Source: Bacteroidetes bacterium 43-16 (GTDB taxonomy: Bacteria; Bacteroidota; Bacteroidia; Chitinophagales; Chitinophagaceae). From it: a stretch of DNA of 64,000 bases. Where the stretch lies: positions 1,480 to 65,479 of the forward strand of contig MKTB01000024.1 of NCBI GenBank assembly GCA_001897525.1, given 5' to 3'. The position numbers and the translations under genes were made by a program. This document shows, piece after piece, positions 10,281-20,010 of the stretch. Each line of letters starts with the position of its first letter. Position 1 is the first letter of the stretch. Under the pieces are notes generated by a model that was not told the DNA's origin, did not search any database, and worked only from the letters and a program-made list of their open reading frames with translations.

Positions 10281-11471
10281 TTAAGCGATTGCTACTGCTT
10301 CTTGTAATGCTAGTACACCTGTATTCAATCCGGTTGCGATGGCCTGTTCCAGGTCTGCGGCCTCTTCGATGCCAATGCTGATCCTGATCAGGGAGTCTTT
10401 GACTCCGGCCTGTAAACGTTTTTCGCGCGGAATTGATTTATGGGTCATCTGTGGCGGGCTGCAGATCAGGCTCTTTACGCCTCCCAGGCTTTCTGCCAGC
10501 TTGAAGTAACGGGTACTACAGACTATTTTATCTGCAAGCTCAACGGAATCATTTTTTAAGGTGAAGGATAAGACACCGCCGAAAAGCCCGTTTTGTTGCT
10601 GCGCTGCGATTTCATGATTGGGATGTGTACTTAAACCGGGATAATAAACCTCCTCTATTTCCGGATGAGTTTCCAGGAATTTTGCTACCTGCAGCGCTGT
10701 TGCAGATTGATGCCTGAACCGGAGATTCAGGGTCTCTATGCCCCTGACCAGAAGCCAGCAATCATTTGGCCCAAGGATTGCGCCGGTGGCATTCTGTATA
10801 AACTTAACCCGTTCTGCCAGGCGCTCTTCTTTGACTACAACCAGGCCTGCTACCAGGTCTGAGTGGCCGCTTAAATACTTGGTACCGCTATGGATAATGA
10901 TGTCTGCACCCAGGTTTAAGGGCTGCTGTGCGATGGGGGTAGCGAAGGTATTATCCACCACTAATTGTATGCCACTATCTTTGATGAGCCCGGCAATAGC
11001 CGCTATATCAGAGACTTTCAGGGTAGGATTAGTAGGTGATTCCAGCCAGATGAAACGCGTCTTGTCATTAATGTGTTGTACGATGGCCTCAAGATCGGAA
11101 GTATCTACATAATGTACTTTGATCCCGAATTTTTCATAGACCTGGGTAAACAGGCGGTAGGCCCCGCCATAGATATCGTCGACGGCAATGATCTCATCTC
11201 CGGCGGACAGTAATTTCACTACGGCATCTATAGCTGCCAGCCCGGTTGCAAAGGCATAGGCATGTGTACCGTCTTCCAGGCTTGCTACCAGCTCTTCCAG
11301 CGCCTTACGGGTGGGATTTCCGGAGCGGCCATAGTCATAACCTTTGTTGACACCCGGAGCGTCTTGTACAAAAGTGGCGGTCTGATAAATGGGCACGGAG
11401 ATGGAGCCGGTGAGCGGATCTACAGGGATCGCATGAATGATGTGGGTGTTTGATGTGTTGTTTGTACTCAT
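10281..11471 (-). CDS. metB: PLP-dependent trans-sulfuration enzyme (cystathionine gamma-synthase/lyase, MetB/MetC family)
   Basis: YGRSGNPTR, WLESPTNPTLK, VDNTFATP, HSGTKYLSGHSD (PLP Lys), LAESLGGVKSL; under a SAM riboswitch. Exact reaction specificity uncertain. Confidence 0.88.
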   Translation of the reverse strand: MSTNNTSNTHIIHAIPVDPLTGSISVPIYQTATFVQDAPGVNKGYDYGRSGNPTRKALEELVASLEDGTHAYAFATGLAAIDAVVKLLSAGDEIIAVDDIYGGAYRLFTQVYEKFGIKVHYVDTSDLEAIVQHINDKTRFIWLESPTNPTLKVSDIAAIAGLIKDSGIQLVVDNTFATPIAQQPLNLGADIIIHSGTKYLSGHSDLVAGLVVVKEERLAERVKFIQNATGAILGPNDCWLLVRGIETLNLRFRHQSATALQVAKFLETHPEIEEVYYPGLSTHPNHEIAAQQQNGLFGGVLSFTLKNDSVELADKIVCSTRYFKLAESLGGVKSLICSPPQMTHKSIPREKRLQAGVKDSLIRISIGIEEAADLEQAIATGLNTGVLALQEAVAIA

Positions 11472-11540
11472 CGTGATTAAATTTTTTATTGATCAAAAAA
11501 TGAAATCACTTATGCAGTTCACTCACAGCAGAGCTTAAAT

Positions 11541-11574
11541 AAAAAAAGCTCTCCTGATAGTCAGAAGAGCTTTT
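11541..11574 (-). terminator. Riboswitch expression-platform terminator
   Basis: Minus strand AAAAGCTCTTCTGA-CTA-TCAGGAGAGCTTTT followed by a T run, between aptamer and metB. Confidence 0.85.
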
Positions 11575-11612
11575 CAATATTTTAAAGAAAAAAGAAAGGC
11601 TATTTATCTGAA

Positions 11613-11724
11613 CTTATCTTTCTCCGTGTTACCGGAGTTGGAGTTGACACCTTACCACCATCTTCCGATGCCAGCAGGTTGTCAAGGTTTCACAGGGCCA
11701 TATCCCTCCACCTTTCTGAATAAG
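11613..11724 (-). ncRNA. SAM-I (S-box) riboswitch
   Basis: Minus strand CTTATTCAGAAAGGTGGAGGGATATGGCCCTGTGAAACCTTGACAACC...AAGGTGTCAACTCC...AAAGATAAG follows the S-box pattern; P1 CUUAUU/GAUAAG; upstream of Met biosynthesis genes. Confidence 0.93.
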
Positions 11725-11743
11725 TAATCTTAAAGAACTGATG

Positions 11744-11776
11744 CAAATTTAATACAAGAAAAATCAAACCGCCAAA
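11744..11776 (-). promoter_or_regulatory. Sigma-A promoter of the SAM leader/metB-hom operon
   Basis: Minus strand TTTG (11776-11773), 21-nt spacer, TAAATTTG (11751-11744). Confidence 0.75.
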
Positions 11777-11854
11777 TTTTTTTTCCGGGAACAAAGAAAC
11801 AGAACATGATCCAAAATGCTAAAACACAGTCCCACAAAGAGATACAGGAGACTA

Positions 11855-12514
11855 TTATTTTTTAAAAATCCGGAACCAAATGCTATATAACAGGATGCAA
11901 AGCAAGGTGCCCAGGATACTGCCGACATATACATCTTCAAAAAAATGCTGGCCCAGGTACATCCTGGAATATGCTACCAGGAATGCCAACAGGAAAAGCA
12001 GTATGCCCCAAAAAGCTTTTTTTGCCGGCAGCAAAATGCTCATTAAGGTGAAGCAGGCGAAGGCTCCTGCCGTGTGTCCTGAGGGAAAGGAAAGCTGCTG
12101 GTGCAAGTTCAAACCCTCTATACGGTGAAACCATGGTGCCGCTCCGAAAACCACGGATGGCCTTGGCGCATTGATCAATAGTTTAATGCCCTGGACGGCC
12201 AGGAAAGGAAATAATTGGGTGAACAAGAGCAGGAGAAAGAAATGCCAGGTCCTGTTAGCTGCAGGCAACAGCCAGACCAGGAGCAGCAAAGGACCGATCA
12301 CAACAAAGTCACCTACGTAGGTGTAATAGTAAAAGATATAGTCCCAAAAGGGTGTATGTGCGCTATGTACTGCCTGGAACAAGGCATGATTGCCCACAAA
12401 GATATAAGCTAGCCCCCCGATCAGAAACCAGAGCAGAAACAACAGAAAAAAAGAACGGAATCCGCTATTTTCCTTCAATGCTGCCCAGGCGTTTTTCTGT
12501 GTCATCTGCCTCAT
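11855..12514 (-). CDS. PAP2 family membrane phosphatase
   Basis: KLLINAPRP (C1), SFPSGH (C2), SRMYLGQHFFED (C3); multiple hydrophobic segments; TAATG overlap with upstream lptF/G. Confidence 0.92.
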   Translation of the reverse strand: MRQMTQKNAWAALKENSGFRSFFLLFLLWFLIGGLAYIFVGNHALFQAVHSAHTPFWDYIFYYYTYVGDFVVIGPLLLLVWLLPAANRTWHFFLLLLFTQLFPFLAVQGIKLLINAPRPSVVFGAAPWFHRIEGLNLHQQLSFPSGHTAGAFACFTLMSILLPAKKAFWGILLFLLAFLVAYSRMYLGQHFFEDVYVGSILGTLLCILLYSIWFRIFKK

Positions 12515-13989
12515 TACTTTGCTACAGTCTTTTTCCGGTTAAACAATCGGGAAAAGAATAATTTCACTTTATTCCAAAACAACAGGTAAGCTTCTTTTCT
12601 AAATACGGAAGAATCATTCCTGGCCTGTATCAATACGATCACTGCGATAGGCATCAAAGCGACCGTGGCCAGCCACATTCCCTCCATAGGGCTTAGTTTA
12701 GCCTGCTTGGCCAGCTTTTCCCCGGTAGAGGAAAGCACAAAATAGATCACGAAAAAGGAGATAGAAATCACTGCAGGCATCCCTAAACCGCCCTTGCGCA
12801 CAATGGCTCCCATAGGCGCACCTATGAGGAACAAAACCAGGCAGGCAAAGGAAAGGGTAAACTTCTTATGCCATTCCATATCAAAATCGTTCATCTTTTT
12901 TTGATTGATCTCGAAATTGGTTTGAAATATATTGGCATAACGTTGCAGGCTTTGTACATCGGCCACCAGACGTTCGGAAATATCACCTTTTACTGAATCC
13001 GGGAAACTACTGATCAGTGTTTTCTTATAGGAAACGGTATCGGCCAGCTTATCCCGGTATTGACCGATACGCTCTGTAAGCTCTTTATAGCTATTGTCTG
13101 ATTTTACCAGGGATATAAAATGGCCTGAATTTCTTCTTAATTCCTTGAGGTCGCTATTGGTCACTTTCCGCAGGCTATCTGTATTTTTTCCCAGCATACG
13201 GATATCCATCATTTCTTCATTGGTCCGGAAGAGGTCTTCCTGGGTGCGGTTGAATTCAAAAGAGGATACATCCACGACTTTGGTCCAATGTTTAAAGTAC
13301 ATTCTTTGCTGTTCATAAGTGCCTGAATCGTCTTTTTTGAATTCATAGCGCCAGCCTTTACTCAATTCAAAGACCAGGAAACGCTTATCGTTGCTGAGGT
13401 ACATTTTACCGGTCTCTGCCGCGATCACATTATTATTGGCCTGTGTGTTGGTATGGTCATAGATCAGTACATCATCAATGTTCACCCCGTCTTTGCTCTT
13501 ACTGCCGATACGTATGGCAAAGCTGCCGATGCCTTTATTAAATATACCGGGCTTGATGCTCATGGTAGGCTTTTTATTGCGCATATCGTACAATAAAGAA
13601 AAGGCCTTAAGGTTGGCTTTGGGAATGACATAATTGCTAAAGAAGAACATACCGGCCACGATACCCAGGATGAAAACAATGAGGGGCCGCATGAAGCGGA
13701 ACAGGGATATGCCGGATGATTTAACGGCCACCAACTCGTAACTCTCGCCCAGGTTACCGAAAGTCATGATAGAGGCCAGCAGGATACCCAGGGGCATAGC
13801 CATAGGCACCAGCGTAGCGGACATATACATCATCATTTCCAGGATGAGGTTAATAGCCAACCCCTTCCCGATGAGGTCGTCCATGTACAACCAGAAGAAC
13901 TGCATTAAAAAGATAAAGAGCACAATGAAAAATGTGACCACGAATGGCCCCATGAAGCTTTTCAATACCAGTTTATCTAATTTCCGCAT
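12514..13989 (-). CDS. lptF: LptF/LptG family LPS export permease
   Basis: MRKLDKLVLKSFMGPF, LVPMAMPLGILLAS, GNLGESYELVAVKSSGISL, HKKFTLSFACLVLFLIGAPMG; 3+3 TM layout. LptF versus LptG not certain. Confidence 0.9.
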   Translation of the reverse strand: MRKLDKLVLKSFMGPFVVTFFIVLFIFLMQFFWLYMDDLIGKGLAINLILEMMMYMSATLVPMAMPLGILLASIMTFGNLGESYELVAVKSSGISLFRFMRPLIVFILGIVAGMFFFSNYVIPKANLKAFSLLYDMRNKKPTMSIKPGIFNKGIGSFAIRIGSKSKDGVNIDDVLIYDHTNTQANNNVIAAETGKMYLSNDKRFLVFELSKGWRYEFKKDDSGTYEQQRMYFKHWTKVVDVSSFEFNRTQEDLFRTNEEMMDIRMLGKNTDSLRKVTNSDLKELRRNSGHFISLVKSDNSYKELTERIGQYRDKLADTVSYKKTLISSFPDSVKGDISERLVADVQSLQRYANIFQTNFEINQKKMNDFDMEWHKKFTLSFACLVLFLIGAPMGAIVRKGGLGMPAVISISFFVIYFVLSSTGEKLAKQAKLSPMEGMWLATVALMPIAVIVLIQARNDSSVFRKEAYLLFWNKVKLFFSRLFNRKKTVAK

Positions 13990-14151
13990 ACTTAGCTTGG
14001 TCGTTCTCTTGAATTTCAGCTTGCAAATATACTATGCTAAATGCTAGCGGTATTTAAATTCTTTAAACTTTAAATATACTTACACAACAATGCCACTAAA
14101 CTACATAAACGTATTTCAGTGGCACTTATTACAATTTCAATCAATCTTTAC

Positions 14152-14532
14152 TTAGCTACCGATCCTGTGCTTCAGATCATTGATCTGCCTGCTCCACAAT
14201 TGTTGCTGGTCTTTGATCTCGGCTTTATCGGCAAAATCAGACACCTGCAGGATGGTTTCATTAGTTACGTCACTTTGCGCGATCCTCAGCTCAAAATACT
14301 CATCATCATTATAGTAATCCCATCTGAACTTCACAAAAACATTTTCTTCCGATTCCAATAGTTCTGCTTCATCTGTAGATCCGTCCCAGGAGAAATAAAA
14401 TGTTTCGTCTCTTTGATCCACCTCATCTGCAAACCATTCCTGTAAACCGGAAGGAGTGGACAAAAACTCAAACAGGATACTGGGGCTGCATCTTACAGGT
14501 ACCTCTACTGTAAATAAATTTTTCTTACTCAT
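14152..14532 (-). CDS. START-like (SRPBCC) domain protein
   Basis: SPSILFEFLSTPSGLQEWFADEV...FFSWDGS, a pattern typical of the conserved small Bacteroidota START-like family. Confidence 0.8.
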   Translation of the reverse strand: MSKKNLFTVEVPVRCSPSILFEFLSTPSGLQEWFADEVDQRDETFYFSWDGSTDEAELLESEENVFVKFRWDYYNDDEYFELRIAQSDVTNETILQVSDFADKAEIKDQQQLWSRQINDLKHRIGS

Positions 14533-14660
14533 ATTTTTAATGGTAAAATGCTCTTTCTAATTTTACACCTGCAATAAGGTTATTTTTTCTGACAAAAACA
14601 AACTTTCGTTTCATTTTTTAGAAATGATTTTATCTGAAAAGGATGGCTCGTATAAAAAAA

Positions 14661-14692
14661 TTTGGAATTGTATGTTCATATAGTTAAATTTG
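14661..14692 (+). promoter_or_regulatory. Sigma-A promoter of rpoD
   Basis: TTTG (14661-14664), 20-nt spacer, TAAATTTG (14685-14692). Confidence 0.78.
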
Positions 14693-14764
14693 GTTTCCTA
14701 AATGTTAAAAAATAGTTTACAATCTCTTAAATTATTCTGTTATAGATACTAAATTTATTATATT

Positions 14765-15637
14765 ATGTCAATGCGCCAACTTAAAATCACGAAATCTATT
14801 ACCAATCGTGAAAGCCAATCATTGGAAAAGTATTTACAAGAAATTGGTCGTGTTCAATTAATCAGTGCAGAGGAGGAAGTAGCATTAGCGGTCCGCATCA
14901 AGCTGGGCGACCAGAAGGCACTGGACCGCTTGACAAAAGCAAACCTGAGATTTGTGGTTTCTGTAGCGAAGCAATATCAAAACCAGGGATTGTCTTTAAG
15001 TGACCTTATTAATGAAGGAAATTTAGGATTGATCAAAGCTGCGCAAAGATTTGATGAAACAAAAGGTTTCAAGTTCATTTCTTATGCGGTTTGGTGGATC
15101 CGCCAGTCTATATTACAGGCGCTGGCAGAGCAAAGCAGGATTGTAAGATTACCCCTGAACAAGGTAGGCCTTACCAACAAAATCGGTAAAGCTTACTCTG
15201 CCCTGGAACAGGAGTTTGAAAGAGAACCTTCTGCAGACGAGATCGCATCGCTCCTGGAAATAGAAATTGAAGAGGTGGAAAGCACGCTGGGCATGTCTTC
15301 CCGGCATGTGAGCATGGATGCTCCTTTTTCCGATTCAGAAGACGGGAGTCTTTTAGATGTACTGGCCAATGACAATGCCAGCTCTGTGGACGGAGAGATT
15401 ACGAATAAGCAATCGCTGAAAACAGAAATTGACCGTATCCTTAATGTGCTTACTGATAAACAAAGAACGGTGATCCGTATGTATTTCGGCCTGGGCTATG
15501 AGCATGCGATATCCCTGGAAGATATAGGCGCATCCTTTGACCTGACCCGGGAAAGGGTAAGGCAAATCAAGGATAAAGCCATCTCGCGCTTACAGTCCAA
15601 CAACCAATGTCACCTTCTAAAATATTTCTTAGGGTAA
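14765..15637 (+). CDS. rpoD: RNA polymerase sigma factor, RpoD/SigA family (short Bacteroidota type lacking region 1.1)
   Basis: [60 protein letters not shown]. Confidence 0.95.
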   Translation: MSMRQLKITKSITNRESQSLEKYLQEIGRVQLISAEEEVALAVRIKLGDQKALDRLTKANLRFVVSVAKQYQNQGLSLSDLINEGNLGLIKAAQRFDETKGFKFISYAVWWIRQSILQALAEQSRIVRLPLNKVGLTNKIGKAYSALEQEFEREPSADEIASLLEIEIEEVESTLGMSSRHVSMDAPFSDSEDGSLLDVLANDNASSVDGEITNKQSLKTEIDRILNVLTDKQRTVIRMYFGLGYEHAISLEDIGASFDLTRERVRQIKDKAISRLQSNNQCHLLKYFLG

Positions 15638-15729
15638 GGTTAAATATTATTAAAAATAAGCTACCTTTACTCTTATTAACCCACATAAGATTTGATGGCG
15701 AGATTGGCCATTTATTGCAAACTATTATT

Positions 15730-16287
15730 ATGAAAACGATAAAATCAATTTTATTTTCAGCAATTGGATTTTTCGCTATTGCTGCTACTGTTGTAGGCTT
15801 TTCCTCTTGCGAGCAAGATTCCTGTACGGTATTGCTTTGTAAAAACCAGGGCAAATGTGAAGATGGTCTTTGTCAATGTCCTGCCGGCTACGAAGGCGCA
15901 GAATGTGAAACTACTGTGGCCAGCAAATATGTAGGAAAGTATGGCGGTACTACACGCTGCAATTACAATAATATGCTGTTCCCTATCGTTCCGGATACGG
16001 TAGAGATCACGCCTCTTGCCGGACCAGATAAGGTAGGTATGAAGATCAGAGCAGGTAATACTGTATTAGATGGTGATTTCTATGGTACGGTTCAAGGTAA
16101 TACCATCTTTTTTGAAACCCTGATCTCCAGGGACAACCAGGGTAATGAACTGGCAAGAATTGATGCATTCGTAAAATTTGACGGTAACCTCATCAATGTG
16201 TTCCTGCAAACGATCAATGTAACGACCCAGGAAAAACAAGCTTGTTCTTTTATCGGCAAGTTCCATGTACCGGATGAAGAATTCTAA
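15730..16287 (+). CDS. Lipoprotein with EGF-like domain
   Basis: Signal II MKTIKSILFSAIGFFAIAATVVGFSS-C (ATG 15730); CTVLLCKNQGKCEDGLCQCPAGYEGAEC has six Cys in EGF spacing. Confidence 0.85.
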   Translation: MKTIKSILFSAIGFFAIAATVVGFSSCEQDSCTVLLCKNQGKCEDGLCQCPAGYEGAECETTVASKYVGKYGGTTRCNYNNMLFPIVPDTVEITPLAGPDKVGMKIRAGNTVLDGDFYGTVQGNTIFFETLISRDNQGNELARIDAFVKFDGNLINVFLQTINVTTQEKQACSFIGKFHVPDEEF

Positions 16288-16310
16288 TCATAGCTAAAAT
16301 AATTATATTC

Positions 16311-16349
16311 AATAAGAAGGGCCGCTTTTTCAAAGCGGCCCTTCTTATT
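16311..16349 (+). terminator. Intrinsic terminator (bidirectional-type)
   Basis: aataagaagggccgcttt / aaagcggcccttcttatt perfect inverted repeat. Confidence 0.85.
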
Positions 16350-16415
16350 GTGCGGAATAGTGTTAATCTGGAATTATTATCCGAAATTTGCAGCAGTTTT
16401 TAAACTCCTCAGTAC

Positions 16416-17147
16416 ATGGTACCCGTTCAATACACAGATTTAGGCCATATAGAATACCAGGCGGCATGGGATATACAAGAAGCATTGATGCAGGAAGGCC
16501 TGGCCATAAAAGCAGCGCGCGTCTCAGATCCCGGATCAGCAACCGCACAAAAGGCAATTGCCCAAAGGCTTTTGGTGGTAGAGCATCCTCATGTTTATAC
16601 CCTTGGTAAAAGTGGTGTTATTGAAAATTTACTGATCAACAACCAGTCGATGCAGGAATTGGGCGTTAGTTTTTACAAAACGAACAGGGGCGGAGACATT
16701 ACCTATCATGGCCCCGGCCAGCTGGTAGCTTATCCTGTACTGGACCTGGAAGCTTTTAAACCGGACCTGGGCTGGTATATGCGCTCCCTGGAAGAAGTGA
16801 TTATACAAACCATAGGCGCTTATGGCATTAAGGGAGAACGCTTAGCCGGCAGTACAGGCGTTTGGCTGGATACGCATGACCTCAGCAAAGCCCGGAAAAT
16901 ATGTGCCATGGGGGTAAGGTGCAGCAGGTGGATCACGATACACGGGCTTGCGCTTAATGTAAATACAGATTTAAGTTTCTTCGGGCATATTGTTCCCTGC
17001 GGTATTACCGACAAAGGGGTTACGAGTATGGCAAAAGAATTAAATACTATGGTTGATGAAACTGAAGTGAAAAACGAATTCTTAAAACAGTTCGCTAAAA
17101 TCTTCAATGCTGACATCGTATTTGAACCGGCTACACTTCATGACTGA
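16416..17147 (+). CDS. lipB: Lipoyl(octanoyl) transferase
   Basis: EHPHVYTLGK, NRGGDITYHGPGQLVAYP, KICAMG, HGLALNV, PCGI. Confidence 0.96.
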   Translation: MVPVQYTDLGHIEYQAAWDIQEALMQEGLAIKAARVSDPGSATAQKAIAQRLLVVEHPHVYTLGKSGVIENLLINNQSMQELGVSFYKTNRGGDITYHGPGQLVAYPVLDLEAFKPDLGWYMRSLEEVIIQTIGAYGIKGERLAGSTGVWLDTHDLSKARKICAMGVRCSRWITIHGLALNVNTDLSFFGHIVPCGITDKGVTSMAKELNTMVDETEVKNEFLKQFAKIFNADIVFEPATLHD

Positions 17148-17634
17148 TAATATCGCTTACCTGTTGCTGGGCGGCAATATGGGCGACCGGGCAGCTTTAT
17201 TAGCCCAGGCAGCAACATTGATTACAGAACAGCTCGGCACCGTCATTAAGAAATCGGCGGTGTATGAAACCGCTGCATGGGGCAATGAGGCACTACCCGG
17301 CTACCTCAACCAGGCGCTGATGGTCTCAACAAAACTTTCTGCCCCGGAAACCTTAAAGGTGATCCAGGAAATAGAGCACATCCTGGGCAGGCAACGTATA
17401 GAGAAATGGGGCAGCCGGACCATGGATATAGACATTATTTTCTTCAACGAGGATATTATCACACAGGAAGGTCTGCTTATTCCGCATCCGCATATGCAGG
17501 AGCGAAATTTTGTCCTGGTGCCTTTACAGGAAATAGCGCCAACGTATATCCACCCTGTCTCTGGACTGAGCATTACGGAACTGCAACAACGGAGTAAGGA
17601 CCACCTGAAGGTATATGCTTTACCCGGCAATTAG
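17140..17634 (+). CDS. folK: 2-amino-4-hydroxy-6-hydroxymethyldihydropteridine diphosphokinase
   Basis: YLLLGGNMGDR, YETAAWG, YLNQA, RTMDIDII, IPHP.MQERNFVLVPL; ATG 17140 overlaps the lipB end. Confidence 0.96.
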   Translation: MTDNIAYLLLGGNMGDRAALLAQAATLITEQLGTVIKKSAVYETAAWGNEALPGYLNQALMVSTKLSAPETLKVIQEIEHILGRQRIEKWGSRTMDIDIIFFNEDIITQEGLLIPHPHMQERNFVLVPLQEIAPTYIHPVSGLSITELQQRSKDHLKVYALPGN

Positions 17635-17683
17635 TTGCGGATACCTGCTAAGCACAGCTCTTTAAATTACGTCTTATAGATTA

Positions 17684-20002
17684 ATGAAAAAATACCTGCC
17701 TGCACTTATCTTATGGATCGCATCTGTCAGTTTGAGCATATTTGTGTTCCGGGACTTTGTACTGCATCCTAATTCAGTTATGACAACCATCGTGTATGAT
17801 GGGATGAAAAACTACTTTTCTACTTTATACTATATTGCTTACGATAGCGGCACTCATTTCATCGGCATGAATTATCCATTCGGTGATAATATGCTTTATG
17901 CGGATAATATGCCGCTGTTTTCTTATGTGGTTAAAGGCCTCACAACATGGTTTCCCGGTCTAAAGCCTTATACACTGGGCATGATGCACCTATTCCTGTT
18001 CTCCTCTGTGCCGCTCTCTGCCTATTTTATTTTTAAAATATTGAGACATTTCCGGACAGGAACGGTGTATGCTATCATTGCAGCTCTTTTTATAGCGATC
18101 GCGTCTCCGCAGCTCAACAAACTGACTGCGCACTTCGGCATGGGCCTTGTCTTTTACTGCCCTGCCGTTATTTATTACCTGATACAGTTTTTGGACACCC
18201 GGAAAACAAAATACCTTATTGCTATTTTTTGTGTTGCTGCTTTTGTCACCTTCATTCACTTTTACAATGTGGCTATCATCAGCGTATTTATTGGCTTTAC
18301 AGCTATTGCTTACTTCATTACACATAGAAAAGAAGCGCTGAAGCAAAGACTAAAAGTACCGCTGACCTTGCTCCTCCTGGCCGCACTGAACCTGGTCCCG
18401 GGGCTTGCTTATCTAAAACTCACGGATGCGGTAAAAGACCGGCCCAACTACCCCTGGGGTGTTTTGAGTATGGAGACCGTACCCAATGATCTCCTGGTCA
18501 ATGCCATACCTTTGGGATATGCATTCCAGTTTGCAGCCGGGAAAGCGACGGAGATTGGCGCTACGGATGGTAAAGCTTATATAGGCTTAGTATCTATACT
18601 GGTCTTATTGATCATGACAGGTATATGGATCTATAACAAATTGAGGAAGCGCAACAGTCCTGTTGTGAGCGCTCAACCTATACCGGGATTTGACCTATGG
18701 CTTTGGGCAGCATTTTTCCAATTGATGTTTGCCATGGCGACACCCTTTCACTGGGCAAAGGATTTCTTTGCAGATCATGTCAGCCTGTTCAGGCAGTTCA
18801 GGACCATAGGCCGCTTTGTCTGGCCTTTCTATTACCTGTTCATGATCTACTGTGCCCTGTTTGTGTATCATTATTATAAAGTATTATTGGCAAAAGGTAA
18901 ATCTATACTGGCTCAATCAATGATCACTGTAGTGGTATTGATCTGGTGTGTGCAGGCCACCGGTTATATTAAAATATGGCACAATCTTTCTGCCGGAGCA
19001 AGGTATCATTATGATATAACATTTGATATCAATGCGCCTGACTGGAAAGACTGGCTGGCCCAGAAAGGTTACAAAACCAGTGACTTCCAGGCGGTACTGG
19101 GCTTACCGTACTTTAATACAAATGCCTCAGAAAAAATATGGATCATGGATGTGAATGAGATCTTTAACATAGCCCCTTTCGGGAAATATGCCTTACAGAC
19201 GAATACACCCTTGATCAATAATATGCTGGCCAGGACCTCCTGGTCACAAACTTTTGAAGCGGTACAGCTTATTGATGGTCCTTTGAATGAGAAAAAGATC
19301 ATCAACCGCTATAATGAAAAAAATATCATTGTTTTACTGGACAAAACAACGCCACTTAAAGATAAGGAACGAGAGTGGATAGAGCAGGCTACATTCATAG
19401 GCGACAGGGATGAAAACATTGCAGTGTATACCATCAATCCAAAAGCCTTGCAAAAGCAGGACCGGGAATACAGGCGGCAGCTAACCGATCGTGTCAGCCA
19501 ACTGGATGAGCAGATGGGCTTATTGAACAGCCCAGACACGGGTTTTTACTATGTCAATAATTTTGAAGATCATAATAACAAAAAAGGATTCGGGGACAAA
19601 GGTATGTTTGTGCCGGAAATAGCCAATGCAGCCCCGGTAGACAGTATTAATATCCCGGAACAGGGAAGAGCTAAGGATTATAATATCTCCATCTGGGCGC
19701 AATGCAATATGAGCGATTACCGCACGCCTTATTTTGAAATTTATCAATATGACAAAGACCACCGGCAGATCGCATTTGATGATTTTACGGCCAAACAAAG
19801 TACCAATGTACAGGAAGATTGGTTCCTTGCAGAAAAGAGCTTTACCATTAATGCGCATACTTCCTATATCAAAATACTGGCCTATTCTGCAGGAAAGAAA
19901 ATAAGCTACCAGGGACTGGATCACCTGTTGATACGGCCCCGGAACAGTATTTTTTATTATAAATCTAAGTATAGATCAGTACTTTTGAACAACAGACCTT
20001 AA
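17684..20002 (+). CDS. Polytopic membrane protein, GT-C-like (DUF6311/YfhO-like), paralog 1
   Basis: About 10-12 hydrophobic segments in the N-terminal ~430 aa; loop-1 motif YDGMKNY..GMNYPFG..ADNMP; FRQFRTIGRFVWPFY; large soluble C-terminal part ending LLNNRP. Confidence 0.65.
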   Translation: MKKYLPALILWIASVSLSIFVFRDFVLHPNSVMTTIVYDGMKNYFSTLYYIAYDSGTHFIGMNYPFGDNMLYADNMPLFSYVVKGLTTWFPGLKPYTLGMMHLFLFSSVPLSAYFIFKILRHFRTGTVYAIIAALFIAIASPQLNKLTAHFGMGLVFYCPAVIYYLIQFLDTRKTKYLIAIFCVAAFVTFIHFYNVAIISVFIGFTAIAYFITHRKEALKQRLKVPLTLLLLAALNLVPGLAYLKLTDAVKDRPNYPWGVLSMETVPNDLLVNAIPLGYAFQFAAGKATEIGATDGKAYIGLVSILVLLIMTGIWIYNKLRKRNSPVVSAQPIPGFDLWLWAAFFQLMFAMATPFHWAKDFFADHVSLFRQFRTIGRFVWPFYYLFMIYCALFVYHYYKVLLAKGKSILAQSMITVVVLIWCVQATGYIKIWHNLSAGARYHYDITFDINAPDWKDWLAQKGYKTSDFQAVLGLPYFNTNASEKIWIMDVNEIFNIAPFGKYALQTNTPLINNMLARTSWSQTFEAVQLIDGPLNEKKIINRYNEKNIIVLLDKTTPLKDKEREWIEQATFIGDRDENIAVYTINPKALQKQDREYRRQLTDRVSQLDEQMGLLNSPDTGFYYVNNFEDHNNKKGFGDKGMFVPEIANAAPVDSINIPEQGRAKDYNISIWAQCNMSDYRTPYFEIYQYDKDHRQIAFDDFTAKQSTNVQEDWFLAEKSFTINAHTSYIKILAYSAGKKISYQGLDHLLIRPRNSIFYYKSKYRSVLLNNRP

Positions 20003-20010
20003 GCTCATTC

